A stretch of 58,436 bases of DNA. Origin: Macrostomum lignano. Lineage: Eukaryota. The position numbers and the translations under genes were made by a program. Position 1 is the first letter of the stretch. Every line of letters starts with the position of its first letter. Shown here in pieces: positions 46,652 to 58,436 of this stretch. Location of the stretch: NCBI GenBank assembly GCA_002269645.1, contig NIVC01002199.1, positions 1-58,436 on the forward strand, given 5' to 3'. The notes beneath the pieces were generated by a model. It did no database searches, was not told the DNA's origin, and saw only the letters and a program-made list of their open reading frames with translations.

Positions 46652-47700
46652 GCGCCATGTGGTGTTTTATTGATGGCGCCACATAGTGTCTTTTTTATAG
46701 CGCCACATGGTGTCTTTTTTATGGCGCCACATGGTGTCTTTTTTATGGCGCCACATGGTGTCTTTTTCATGGCGCCACGTAGTCTCTTATTGATGGCGCC
46801 ACATGGTGTCTTTTTTATGGCGCCACATGGTGTCTTTTTCATGGCGCCACATAGTCTCTTATTGATGGCGCCACATGGTGTCTTATTGATGGCGCCACAT
46901 GGTGTCTTTTTTATGGCGCCACATGGTGTCTTTTTTATAGCGCCACATGGTGTCTTTTTTATGGCGCCACATGGTGTCTTTTTTATGGCGCCACATGGTG
47001 TCTTTTTCATGGCGCCACGTAGTGTTTTATTGATGGCGCCACATGGTGTCTTTTTGATGGCGCCACATGGTTTCTTATTGATGGCGCCACATGGTGTTTT
47101 ATTGATGGCGCCACATGGTTTCTTATTGATGGCGCCACATGGTTTCTTATTGATGGCGCCACATGGTGTCTTTTTGATGGCGCCACATGGTTTCTTATTG
47201 ATGGCGCCACATGGTTTCTTATTGATGGCGCCACATGGTGTCTTTTTCATGGCGCTACATAGTCTCTTTTTGATGGCGCCACATGGTGTTTTATTAATGG
47301 CGCCACATGGTTTCTTATTGATGGCGCCACATGGTTTCTTATTGATGGCGCCACATGGTGTCTTTTTGATGGCGCCACATGGTTTCTTATTGATGGCGCC
47401 ACATGGTTTCTTATTGATGGCGCCGCATAGTCTCTTATTGATGGCGCCACGTAGTGTTTTATTGATGGCGCCACATGGTGTCTTTTTGATGGCGCCACAT
47501 GGTTTCTTATTGATGGCGCCACATGGTGTCTTATTGATGGCGCCACGTGGTGTCCTTTCGACGGCGCCATATGTTGTTTTATTGGCCATTAGACACAGTA
47601 TAGCGCCATTAGACACCGCCTTCGACGGCGCCATATGTTGTTTTATTGGCCATTAGACACAGTATAGCGCCATTAGACACAGTTAGGCGCCATTAGACAG
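46652..47700. repeat. Minisatellite, 24-bp unit ATGGCGCCACATGGTGTCTTTTTT, about 40 copies
   Basis: Direct periodicity; palindromic TGGCGCCA in each unit. Confidence 0.97.
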
Positions 47701-48129
47701 CGTAGCGCTATGTACATTTTTTCGTGCGTCTTTGGTCCGCAATAAAATATTATCCTTCCTAACTGAGAGATTCTGCGGGCGCACTCATATGCTTGATGCA
47801 TTCTTGCTGAAGTTACTGCATACCTTGACCAAAACCTGCTCAAAAGTTTGTCAGACAGTTTCTAGCTGCAAGAAGAGATTCATATTTTTATTATTGTTTG
47901 CTGAAATCTTGATTCGAAACCCTTCTCAAGATGTGAACTGAGGCTGGGTCTTTCTCTTCTCTAAATAATGGAGGCCTTCTCGTGTTTACTCATTTACCTT
48001 TAACAGGGCCATTGTGCTCCACACAACATGAGTTATGAGTTAGAAGTTCGCAAGTTCGCTAAACTGAATTTCACTCTCTTTAATTACAAGCAACGATTTC
48101 GCAAAGTTCTAGGCTAAAAATTTAATTGA

Positions 48130-48545
48130 ATGAAATTCTCTCCTTGATATTCTCCTTATACAAATGCCCTTTCTAAACCCCCTTGTAATTCCTCTTTCAC
48201 AAATATCCCAACATAAAATTCTCTCCTTGAATTTACCCTTTCCCAATTACGCCAACATAAAATTCCCTCTTTTGAATTCCCCTTTCACAAATACTCCTAC
48301 CTAAAATTCTCTCCTTGAAATTCCCCTTTTACACACACCGCTTTCTAAAATTCCCTCATTGAAATTCCCCATTCAAAAATACCCCTACCTAAAATTCCAT
48401 CCTTGAAATTCCACTTTCACAACTACCCTTAGCTAAAATTCCCTCCTTAGAATTTCCCTTTCACAAATATCCCTGTCTAGATTTCCCTCCTTCAAATTCC
48501 CCTTTCACGTATACCCTGCCTAAAATTCCCTCCTTGCAATTCCCC
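48130..48545. repeat. Degenerate about 33-39 bp pyrimidine-rich repeat (AAAATTCCCTCCTTGAAATTCCCCTTTCAC)
   Basis: About 10 diverged copies that run into the polypyrimidine tract of the last exon. Confidence 0.8.
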
Positions 48546-48553
48546 GTTCACAG

Positions 48554-49076
48554 AGTCGCAGCCTACCTATTCGGCCACCTGAATCGCCTTACAACTCACA
48601 GCGACACAACCCTGATGTCCTCACGCAACCTCGGCCTGGTGTGGGCCCCGAATCTTTGCCAACAGTTGTTATTAACTCAAGAGGCCATCAACTCGCCAGA
48701 CACGGACCTAGCAACGGTTGCTAAGCAGTCGCTGCATCTAGCCGACGTCATAGCCTACATCATCGATCATAGGACTGAATTGTTTCCATCGTCAGCGATC
48801 TCAGATGCCAATCATTCCGCTAGCTCTTGCTTACCAGTGTTTGCCAGGGAGAATCCCAATTTATCCCAAAGATCAAATCCTCTAGCTGTCAGTATTCGGC
48901 GCGCTCCTAGCAACAGGAAGCAGCAGCAGCAACAGCCGGTCAGCACTGAGGAGACAGCGAGAATGCGGCAGGCCTGTCAGCAGCTCTACTCTCACTGTCC
49001 GAGATTGTCCGCGCCAAAACGGCGCCAATTTTTATTGCAACCGTTGGCGCCGCCACCGGCCACGCAGCCTAAATAA
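48554..49076 (+). CDS. ARHGAP32/33-like last exon: RhoGAP C-terminal part
   Basis: AG|A VAAYLFGHLNRL...MSSRNLGLVWAPNL; TAA at 49074-49076. Confidence 0.9.
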
Positions 49077-49311
49077 GTTGTTTGACTCTTTTGCTACATG
49101 CTAAACAGACTACTGATTTTATTAGAGCTGTAAGTAGTAACTAAGGACTTATTGTTTTTCATTATCATTACTGGCATATTCAGAGACACCAGCTTTGCAT
49201 TTTGTTTTGTCTTCCTTTATAAAATAATGATTATTATTTAGCCGTGTTATAGGCTCTTGGACTGGTGTAGATATTCAGGAACTAAATTATAAACTTCATA
49301 ATTTGTGTTAG

Positions 49312-50475
49312 AAAAACTTCAGGATCTGAGTTGAAGAACTTCAGGATCTGAGTTGAAGAACTTCAGGATCTGAGTTGAAGAACTTCAGGATCTAAGTTGA
49401 AGAACTTCAGGATCTAGGTTAAAGAACTTCAGGATCTGGGTTGAAGAACCTCAGGATCTGAGAAAATGAACTTCAGGATCTGGGTTGAAGAACTTCAGGA
49501 TCTGAGTAGATGAACTTCAGGATCTGAGTTGTAGATTTTCAGGATCTGAGTAGATGAACTTCAGGATCTGAGTTAAAGAATTAAAGAACTTCAGGATCTG
49601 GGTTGATGAACTTCAGGATCTGAGTAGATGAACTTCAGGATCTGAGTTAAAGAATTAAAGAACTTCAGGATCTGGGTTGATGAACTTCAGGATCTGAGTA
49701 GATGAACTTCAGGATCTGAGTTGTAGAACTTCAGGATCTGAGTTGTAGAACTTCAGAATCTGAGTAAATGAACTTCAGGATCTGAGTTGTAGAACTTCAG
49801 AATCTGAGTAAATGAACTTCAGGATCTGAGTTGTAGAACTTCAGGATCTGAGTAGATGAACTTCAGGATCTGAGTTGTAGAAATTCAGGATGTGGGTTGA
49901 AGAACTTCAGGATCTGAGTTGTAGAACTTCAGGATCTGAGTTGTAGAACTTCAGGATCTGAGTTGTAGAACTTCAGGATCTGAGTAGATGAACTTCAGGA
50001 TCTGAGTTGTAGAACTTCAGGATGTGGGTTGAAGAACTTCAGGATGTGGGTTGAAGAACTTCAGGATCTGAGTAAATGAACTTCAGGATCTGGGTTGAAG
50101 AACTTCAGGATCTGAGTAGATGAACTTCAGGATCTGAGTTGTAGAACTTCAGAATCTGAGTAGATGAACTTCAGGATCTGAGTTGTAGAACTTCAGGATC
50201 TGAGTTGTAGAACTTCAGAATCTGAGTAAATGAACTTCAGGATCTGAGTTGTAGAACTTCAGAATCTGAGTAAATGAACTTCAGGATCTGAGTTGTAGAA
50301 CTTCAGAATCTGAGTAAATGAACTTCAGGATCTGGTTTGTAGAACTTCAGAATCTGAGTTGAAGAACTTCAGGATCTGAGTAGATGAACTTCAGGATCTG
50401 AGTAGATGAACTTCAGGATCTGAGTAGATGAACTTCAGGATCTGGATTGAAGAACTTCAGGATCTCGGTTGAAGA
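49312..50475. repeat. Minisatellite, 22-bp unit GAACTTCAGGATCTGAGTTGTA, about 52 copies
   Basis: Direct periodicity. Confidence 0.97.
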
Positions 50476-51027
50476 AATAAAACATCCTCAGAAAATTTGA
50501 TTCCATTAAAAATGCCTCTTCAAGTGCCAACACATTTTATTCCAGCACAAACCACTTTTTTAGTTTCAGATACCAATGCAGATGAATTGTTAATTAATTG
50601 ATTTTTATAGTCATACGCACCATTTTTTGCAGAGTGTGCAGTGCTGCACTTCTCACACACCAAAACCAGCGTGCAATGTCTTACTCGAGACACTCGAACT
50701 CGACCCTCTTCTGATCTGAGCTCTGTTTTGTTAAATAAGTTTTATTTTGTAAACAATTTTGATGCTTTAAATTATCTTTTGCCAGAAACTGTTGTGATCT
50801 CCTCACGCCTCTGCTTATCACGATTGTCACAATCCAAAATAGTTTGCTTTTTCTATTAAACCAGTTATTTGTTTTCACTAATTTTTCTTAATTTTAGATC
50901 AGAGTTTTGTTTGTTTTTTATATTATTGCACAATCAGTTTTGTTACTTTAATTTTTCTTAAACTCCAGTATACATATTATAGACTTAATAAACTTTACAC
51001 CCTTGCATGGTTTCTGCTTTGTTTCTT

Positions 51028-51028
<1 letters not shown>

Positions 51029-51078
<50 letters not shown>

Positions 51079-51105
51079 TAGTGTCTGTCTGTCTGTTTGT
51101 CTGTA

Positions 51106-51186
<81 letters not shown>

Positions 51187-51305
51187 TAGTGTCTGTCTGT
51201 CTGTCTGTCTGTCTGTCTTAGTGTCCGTTTGTCTGTCTGTGTATCTGTCTGTCTGTCTGTCTGTCTGTCTTAGTGTCCGTTTGTCTGTCTGTCTGTCTGT
51301 CTTAG

Positions 51306-51342
<37 letters not shown>

Positions 51343-51345
51343 TAG

Positions 51346-51378
<33 letters not shown>

Positions 51379-51449
51379 GCCTGTCTGTCTGTCTGTCTGT
51401 CTTAGTGTCTCTCTGTCTGTCTGTCTGCCTGTCTGTCTGTCTGTCTGCC
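51029..51449. repeat. (TCTG)n microsatellite with recurring TCTTAGTG interruptions
   Basis: Seen directly. Confidence 0.95.
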
Positions 51450-51753
51450 TATTTCAGTACTTTTTTATTTTTATTCCAATGCCCAACAAGTTTCTGAGCA
51501 TATTTCACTACGGAGTACTTTTGAAAGCAACTTGTGCCGCTGAAGGCCAGAGATAAGAGCCCTGCTTATTAAAGCACGCCGCCAATCCACTGAGCTCAGA
51601 CCAACTCTGTTTATGCTCTTAAATATACTGGCGTACTTAAAAACATTTACGTTCAATAGAGATTAAAATCTGATTTTCAGTTATACGAAATACTTTGTTT
51701 GATATACGTCTCCGGCTTTCTGTTCTTTTAGTTGCTTTTTACACTGCTGCAAT

Positions 51754-52185
51754 ACCCAGATCCTCAGTTGCTGGGCCAGCCTCCCAGATACTCAGTCTTT
51801 GGGCCAGCCTCCCAGATCCTCAGTTGCTGGGCCAGCCTCCCAGATCCTCAGTTACTGGGCCAGCCTCCCAGATCCTCAGTTGCTCGGCCAGCCTCCCAGA
51901 TCCTCAGTTACTGGGCCAGCCTCCCAGATCCCCAGTTGCTCGGCCAGCCTCCCAGATCCTCAGTTGCTCGGCCAGCCTCCCAGAGTGTCAGTTCCTGGGC
52001 CAGCCTCCCAGAGTGTCAGTTACTGGGCCAGCCTCCCAGATCCTCAGTTGCTGAGCCAGCCTCCCAGAGTGTCAGTTGCTGGGCCAGCCTCCCAGATCCC
52101 CAGTTGCTGGGCCAGCCTCCCAGAGTGTCAGTTGCTGGGCCAGCCTCCCAGAGTGTCAGTTGCTGGGCCAGCCTCTCAGATCCTC
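51754..52185. repeat. Minisatellite, 28-bp unit CAGATCCTCAGTTGCTGGGCCAGCCTCC, about 15 copies
   Basis: Reverse complement of the 3538-4101 unit. Confidence 0.95.
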
Positions 52186-52440
52186 GGGCTAATAAATCAA
52201 TGTCTGGTTGAGTTAGCGGAGTAGTATAGTATTTAGTGCAAGGTATTCTTATAAAACATGATTATTACTCGCAAAGAACATTAGATTTGGTGCAAATAGT
52301 TTAAGTTATGTGGCAAATACTCCAGGCTAAGTAGTAAGAGTGTTAAAATTTTTATAATTTATTATTAAAACTTGATAACTACCAGCTTTAAAGTTTTTGA
52401 AATAAAAATTCGCAGTAACCATTCAGTTTAATAAATCTCT

Positions 52441-52579
52441 GCAGTTGCTATGCAGGTATTGGGTGAATCCCAGCAGTTGCTATGCCGGTATTGGGTGAAT
52501 CCCAGCAGTTGCTATGCAGGTATTGGGTGAATCCCAGCAGTTGCTATGCAGGTATTGGGTGAATCCCAGCAGTTGCTAT
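52441..52579. repeat. Tandem repeat, 32-bp unit CAGTTGCTATGCAGGTATTGGGTGAATCCCAG, about 4.3 copies
   Basis: CAGTTGC at 52442, 52474 and onward; begins about 10 nt after the GPCR stop codon. Confidence 0.93.
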
Positions 52580-52588
52580 GCTCACGCC

Positions 52589-53171
52589 TCAGACAGTGGT
52601 GGTGAAATCAATGGCGATCTCCCTTGCCGATGACACCTGCACTGGTGTTGCAGGGCTGCAGCCGTTTCTCAATCGGTTACCGTTATTGCTGCTTTTGCAA
52701 CAGCAGCAGCAGTTCAATCGGTGAGCAATTGAAGCCCTGGTTTGCCCAGCAACTGCTGAAGATGTCGCCTGTATTGAAGCTTGAGTCTGAGTCCTCTGCT
52801 GACCCGCCTGCAGCTCGTCGCTTCTGCATCGGAGGAGGCTGAAAAATTTATTGCGAAATTTCCTCCCGGAGAGCAGGAAGAAAATCCAGTTGGTGCTGTT
52901 GTTCAGGCAGGCGCAGGCGTCGAAAAAGCGATGAAGCATTGTCCAGACTCTGGCGAACTTTGACTCGTCACCGGTTGCCAGGTGCACCTTGGAGATGAGG
53001 AACAGGCCGGCCAGGCCGTTGGTGACAAAGTAGGTCACGTTCATGAGGACCAGCATCTGGGTGACTCGCTTCTCAGTGCCTCCCGAGCCAGTTGGGCCGG
53101 AGCTGCGCTTCTGTGATTGCTGCGGCTTGCTTCTAGAAGAAGATCCGGCTCTTGAGTCATGAGACAAACTG
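52589..53171 (-). CDS. Rhodopsin-class peptide GPCR, last exon (ICL3, TM6, TM7, helix 8, tail)
   Basis: EKRVTQMLVLMNVTYFV (TM6) and LNNSTNWIFFLLSGRKFR (TM7/H8), as in FMRFamide-receptor-like GPCRs; NAGNAG acceptor at 53169-53174. Confidence 0.85.
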
Positions 53172-53267
53172 CTGCGAGGAAGAAATTGTGTTGTGGAAGT
53201 TTGTGAAGCTGTTTAACTGCACTGGTTTTTGTAAAAAAGTGTTTCATTTTTATTGGACCGTAAATCG

Positions 53268-53760
53268 GTGGTTGTTGTTGTTGTATCCTGTTGTTTTTGT
53301 TTTTTATTTGTTGGTGATATTGTTGTTGTTACTGTTGCAGTTGTTTTTATTGTCGTTGGTCTTATTGGTGATATTGTTGTTGGTATTGCTGTTATTGTTG
53401 TTATTGTGGTTATTGTTGTTGGTATTGTTGTTATTGTTGTTATTGTTGTTGTTATTGTTGTTGATATTGTTGCTAAATTGTTGGTATTGTTGTTAATGTT
53501 CTTATTGTTGTTTGCATTGTTGTTATTGTTGTTGGTATTGTTGTTCTTGTTGTTATTGTTGTTGTTATTGTTGTTGATATTGTTGTTTGTATTGTTGTTA
53601 TTGTTGTTATTGTTTTTGGTATTGTTGTTATTTTTGGTATTGTTGTTGGTATTGTTGTTATTATTGTTTTTGATATTGTTGTTATTGCTGTCGCTGTTGC
53701 TGTTGCTGTTATTGTTATTATTATTATTATTGTCGTTGTTGCTCTTATCTTAATTGTTGT
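53268..53760. repeat. Degenerate (GTT/ATT)n trinucleotide tract in the GPCR intron
   Basis: Seen directly. Confidence 0.92.
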
Positions 53761-53967
53761 TGCATTTTAACATTGATGACCGTTAAACTATATTGATGAA
53801 GTTTGAGAAAAAACTAGTTCTGCCATAATTAGTTAACTCGGTAAAATGTCAATTAGTGAGTGTATTATTTTGCTATCTATACTACTAGCTAAGTAGAATG
53901 GAAGCACTACACTAAATTTATCGATCTTATTTAAAGATTTACTGGCGGTGTGTAAGGTTGCTGTCAC

Positions 53968-54409
53968 CTGGTCTGAGGCTGCTGAGTGCCCTGCAGCAGC
54001 CGGGCCTGATGGACGCTCATCCTTCGAAAAGTTCGCACCACGCTGCTGCGACTCCGGCAGACAAAAAAACTATTAGACAGGTGCACAGAATCATGATGAA
54101 GAATGGCACTATCGAACCGAATAGTCCGTGCGAATAGTAGACTACGAACTCGCGACCGTTGCGAATATTGCAGCCGCCTTCGCTACGATTTTGATTGCTG
54201 TTGTTGGAATCGTTCAAATTGTTGGAATTGTTGGTGTTTTTGCTTAGCTCAGGAGCCGACCAGCGATGGCACAGCGGAGTGACCAGGGCGTAGGCGACTA
54301 CCACGGCTGACAGACCGCCAATCAGGCCGGCGGTACGTCTGGAGGTCAGCCATTGCCGGATGCGCAATGGGAATCGGATGGCCAACATCCGGTGAAATGA
54401 GATGGTCGC
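53968..54409 (-). CDS. Rhodopsin-class peptide GPCR exon (end of TM3, TM4, ECL2, TM5) with an apparent 1-nt frameshift at 54063-54069
   Basis: ATISFHRMLAIRFPL...GSIVPFFIMILCTCLIV; acceptor at 54410-54412; donor AG|gtgaca matches the last exon phase only if the T7 run is T8. TM1-TM3 exons were not found in the window. Confidence 0.8.
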
Positions 54410-54431
54410 CTGAGGGAATTCAACTAGGGCT

Positions 54432-54957
54432 GTTAGATACTGAAGATTGGAGATGTTCGATACTGGTTGGAGATTTAAGACACTGATTGGAGATGTTAGA
54501 CACTGATTGGAGATGTTAGATGCTGATTGGAGATGTTAGACACTGACGATTGGAGATGTTAGACACAGGTTGGAGGTGTTAGACACTGGTTGGAGATATT
54601 AGACACTGACGATTGGAGATGTTAGATCTCATTGGAGATGTTAGACACTGATTGGAGATGTTAGACACTGATAGGAGATTTTAGACACTGATTGGAGATG
54701 TTAGACACTGATTGGAGATGTTAGACACTAATTGGAGATGTTAGACACTGATTAGAAATGTTAGACACTGATTAGAGATGTTAGACATTGATTGGAGATA
54801 TTAGATACCGATTGGAGATGTTAGATACTGATTGGAGATGTTAGATACTGATTGGAGATGTTAGACACTGATTGGAGATGCTAGACACTGATTAGAGATG
54901 CTAGACACTGATTGGAGATGCTAGACACTGATTAGAGATGTTAGACACTGATTAGAC
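54432..54957. repeat. Minisatellite, 20-bp unit GATTGGAGATGTTAGACACT, about 25 copies
   Basis: Direct periodicity; begins about 20 nt from the GPCR acceptor. Confidence 0.95.
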
Positions 54958-55439
54958 AGTGGGTGTACAGCGGCCGTGACTTTTTATCTATATAGCAATA
55001 GATAGAAGGGAGAATCAGGCAGGTTTAACATCGTGAGCTCTGCCCCCCTCCTACCCCCTGATCGAAACTGTACGATAGCGATCGGAACCGTTTGCTTATA
55101 AAATAAGGTTTCTAAACACCTTTGTGACTTGTCACCTGCTGATCTTCATATGTTTATAAATGTCTGTGATTGGAACTGTTAGTTCAGTTCCAGCTTTTCT
55201 TTGGCTACATTTTTTTCGACAGAAAAATCCAAAGTTATGATTTCTGTTTGTAATTTTATGACTCGATGGGAAGTCGCGATGTGCGTCAATATGTCGCGTT
55301 TCACGAAATGTTTCGCGTAACAGTTTCCAGTCTGTGTAGCTGCACTGAAGCCTCTCAAGTGCTCAGGCTCCCTAGCATATTTGTTCCCAGAATTCTGCCA
55401 AAGATTCAATTGCAATACGCTGGTTAAATATGCTCAACA

Positions 55440-56100
55440 TTGAGTGAGATGTGATGGAGACTGAGATTAGATTAGCTTTGATAGATTAAATTAGCTGAGA
55501 TAAAATATAGACTGAGATGGGACGCATATTGAGTGAGACGAGATGGACATTGAGTTTTAGACGAGACGGAGACTAGATGAGATGAGATGAATATTGAATG
55601 AGATGAGATGGAGATCAGATGAGATGAGATAGAGACTGGGTGAGCAGATAGAGACTGAGTGAGATCAGATAAAGATTAAAGGTTGAGTGAGATGAGACTG
55701 AGTGTGATATTACGCTCGTAGATTGGATTACCACGTAGAATAGATTAACTGAGTTCAGATAGAGTCTGAGTGAGAACAGATGAAGACTGAAAGAGATGGG
55801 ATGAAATTGTGTGAGATGAGATTGGGTGAGATGAGATTAAGTGAGATGAGACGGATATTGAGTGAGATGAAGAGATTGAGTGAGATGAGATAGAGTAGAT
55901 AAGATTGACTGAGATGTCCTTGAGTGAGATGAGATAGAGACTGAGTGAGAAAAGATGAAGACTGAATGAGATAGGATGAGATTGAGCGAGATGAGAATCG
56001 AGATTGAGTGAGATGAGATTGAATAAGATGAGATTGACTGAGATGTCCTTGAGTGAGATAAGATAGAGATAATGAGATCAGGTAAGAGGGATTTAGAGAG
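55440..56100. repeat. Degenerate (GAGAT/TGAGT)n purine-rich tract
   Basis: Seen directly. Confidence 0.85.
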
Positions 56101-56779
56101 ACATAAATGATAAGCAAATATCGTTTATGCATACGATATTACGAACGCTATTAAAACCCTGCTAGCAGAACCTACACTTACAGTAGTTTTCTTTAGACAA
56201 AAATCGACTGCATCCTCAACAGCAATACACTTTAATCTGTTTCCGGCTATCGTTTAGCCCGACTGACAAAGTTTTAACATAAAAATCAGTCATCTATACT
56301 GAAGCTCTGAATTCGATCTTCAGGCATAAAATTCTCTCTGATTGAATTTGCGCTTACTGACTGAATATCGTTAACTTTTATTTGCGGACACGCGCATGGC
56401 TCCTTCTCTTGACTTCTCACACCCGGAATCTCGTGCTCAGAGGCACAGATCTCAGGGCACTTGCTCAGCTACTGCAGCTAAGGCACTTGCAGTAATGAAT
56501 GAAGGTCTCCCGACACTGTCCTTGGAGCTGTTATGAGTAATATGCAGTTTATACGTGTGTGTGTATGGCTATATCTTACCAGATAAATGAGTAAACTAAC
56601 TCTAACTCTCCTCCCTTTCTTCTATCTGTCTCTTCTTTTAGAAGAGCAAATAAAATTGCCTAAAATATATATATGCATCGATTCCTGTTTCCGTATATAT
56701 TAATGAGACTAGAGAGAGTCGTGTAAGAGGAAAAATGATTGGAGTGCTGAGATTAGATTAAGAATGAGCAAGATTAGAT

Positions 56780-57285
56780 TGAGGATGGGTGAGATTTAGA
56801 TTAGACTGGTGAGATTTAGATCAGAAGAGGGAGAAAAAGATTAGTAAGGCTGAGATCAGATTAGGGAAGGTGAGATCAGATTAGGGAAGGTGAGATCAGA
56901 TTAGGGAGAGCGGAGGTCAGATTAATAAGGCTGAGATCAGATTAGGGAGAGGTGAGATCAGATTAGAGAGAGGTGAGATCAGATTAGGGAGAGGTGAGAT
57001 CAGATTAGGGAGAGGTGAGATCAGATTAGGGAGAGGTGAGATCAGATTAGAAGAGGTGAGATCAGATTAGGGAGAGGTGATATCAGATTAGTAAGGCTGA
57101 GATCAGATTAGGGAAAGGTGAGATCAGATCAGTAAGGCTGGGATCAGATTAGGGAGTTGTGAGATCAGATTAGTAAGGCTGAGATCAGATTAGTAAGGCT
57201 GAGATCAGATTAATAAGGCTGAGATCCTGGATTAGTAAGGCTGAAGATCAGATTAGTAAGGCTGAGATCAAATAGGAGAGAGATG
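56780..57285. repeat. Minisatellite, 21-bp unit GAGATCAGATTAGGGAGAGGT with GAGATCAGATTAGTAAGGCT variants
   Basis: Direct periodicity. Confidence 0.93.
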
Positions 57286-57816
57286 AGATAGAGTTCTTTT
57301 AAGAGAAAAGCATACATGTGAGCAGTATGCGAGTACATTGGATAATCTGACCGAGTGAGCTCATAAGCAGCCTATGAGCATAAGCTGTAAGATGAGCTGC
57401 AGAAAAGATGTTTCAAACGGTTGATCTCAAATTTGGAAATCTCAAATTTCCACGGCTAGCTACATGTACATATAATGGCAAACAGAGCCAATCCATTTTT
57501 CAATCGGTTTTGAGAGACAATCTTCTTTTCTAACAAAAAACCGCGGAGCTCTGGGAGAGAACCAGGTAACCCTGCATGTGCAGAAGTGCCGAGCCTGGAG
57601 TTTTGTCAACGTTTGCAGAGAAAAACTTAGAGGCACTGAATAGCATAAACCATCTTTTCACTGCTTATCAAGGAGTCTCCTCGATTTCATTCGCCAACTT
57701 TACATTTGTTTGCCAATGACAAACCAAAGTACCGAAACTCTTCACCCTGATTTGGGCTGCAGCTTGAGAACTGCTCTCAGATTTCATTGCACATGCTGGA
57801 GAATCTATTATCTCCA

Positions 57817-58436
<620 letters not shown>

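Noticed and set aside
44617-47656. Long ORFs of 280-490 aa on both strands
   Set aside because: Periodic translations of intronic satellites; the true RhoGAP exons splice around them in frame.
46652-47700. E2F or YY1 site array (ATGGCGCCA)
   Set aside because: Flanks do not match TTTSSCGC or AANATGGCG well enough; only the palindromic core is shared.
53253-53760. Poly-Asn or poly-Leu/Val coding segment
   Set aside because: The Asn frame on the minus strand breaks near 53475, and the tract lies between phase-matched GPCR splice sites.
55179-57810. Upstream GPCR exons (TM1-TM3)
   Set aside because: Minus-strand unique segments inspected at 55150-55430, 56340-56560 and 57400-57810 gave no TM-like open frame with splice sites; these exons probably lie beyond the window.

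Overview
Eukaryotic (metazoan) genomic DNA. The low-complexity Q/A/S-rich exons, TTAGGG tracts and minisatellite-filled introns suggest a free-living flatworm such as Macrostomum, but that is inference only. I reconstructed three multi-exon genes by hand with phase-consistent GT-AG junctions: a SIK/KIN-29-type AMPK-family kinase (minus strand, 6 exons, 854 aa), an AdipoR/PAQR receptor (minus, 6 exons, 402 aa) and an ARHGAP32/33-like PX-SH3-RhoGAP (plus, 6 exons, about 694-747 aa). Also present are the 3' half of a rhodopsin-class peptide GPCR (minus) with a 1-nt frameshift in a T homopolymer, and a weaker uncharacterised gene at the left end. Mobile DNA includes a NOF-FB/Mutator-like transposase ORF, a 5'-truncated RTE-type LINE, a tRNA-headed CORE-like SINE and several MITE-like inverted repeats. 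By hand tally about 21-22 kb (over a third of the window) is tandem repeat in more than 30 arrays. The most unusual signals are: nearly every intron carries its own private minisatellite; six otherwise unrelated families share a CAGATCC/GGATCTG core; several arrays multimerise promoter-type motifs (CCAAT, ETS, E-box); an interstitial telomeric tract has a 23-bp higher-order unit; and an unexplained GGTCTT-N5-ACGAAA motif forms paired hairpins. All of this was read by eye, with no database searches. Repeat boundaries are approximate (about 20 nt).
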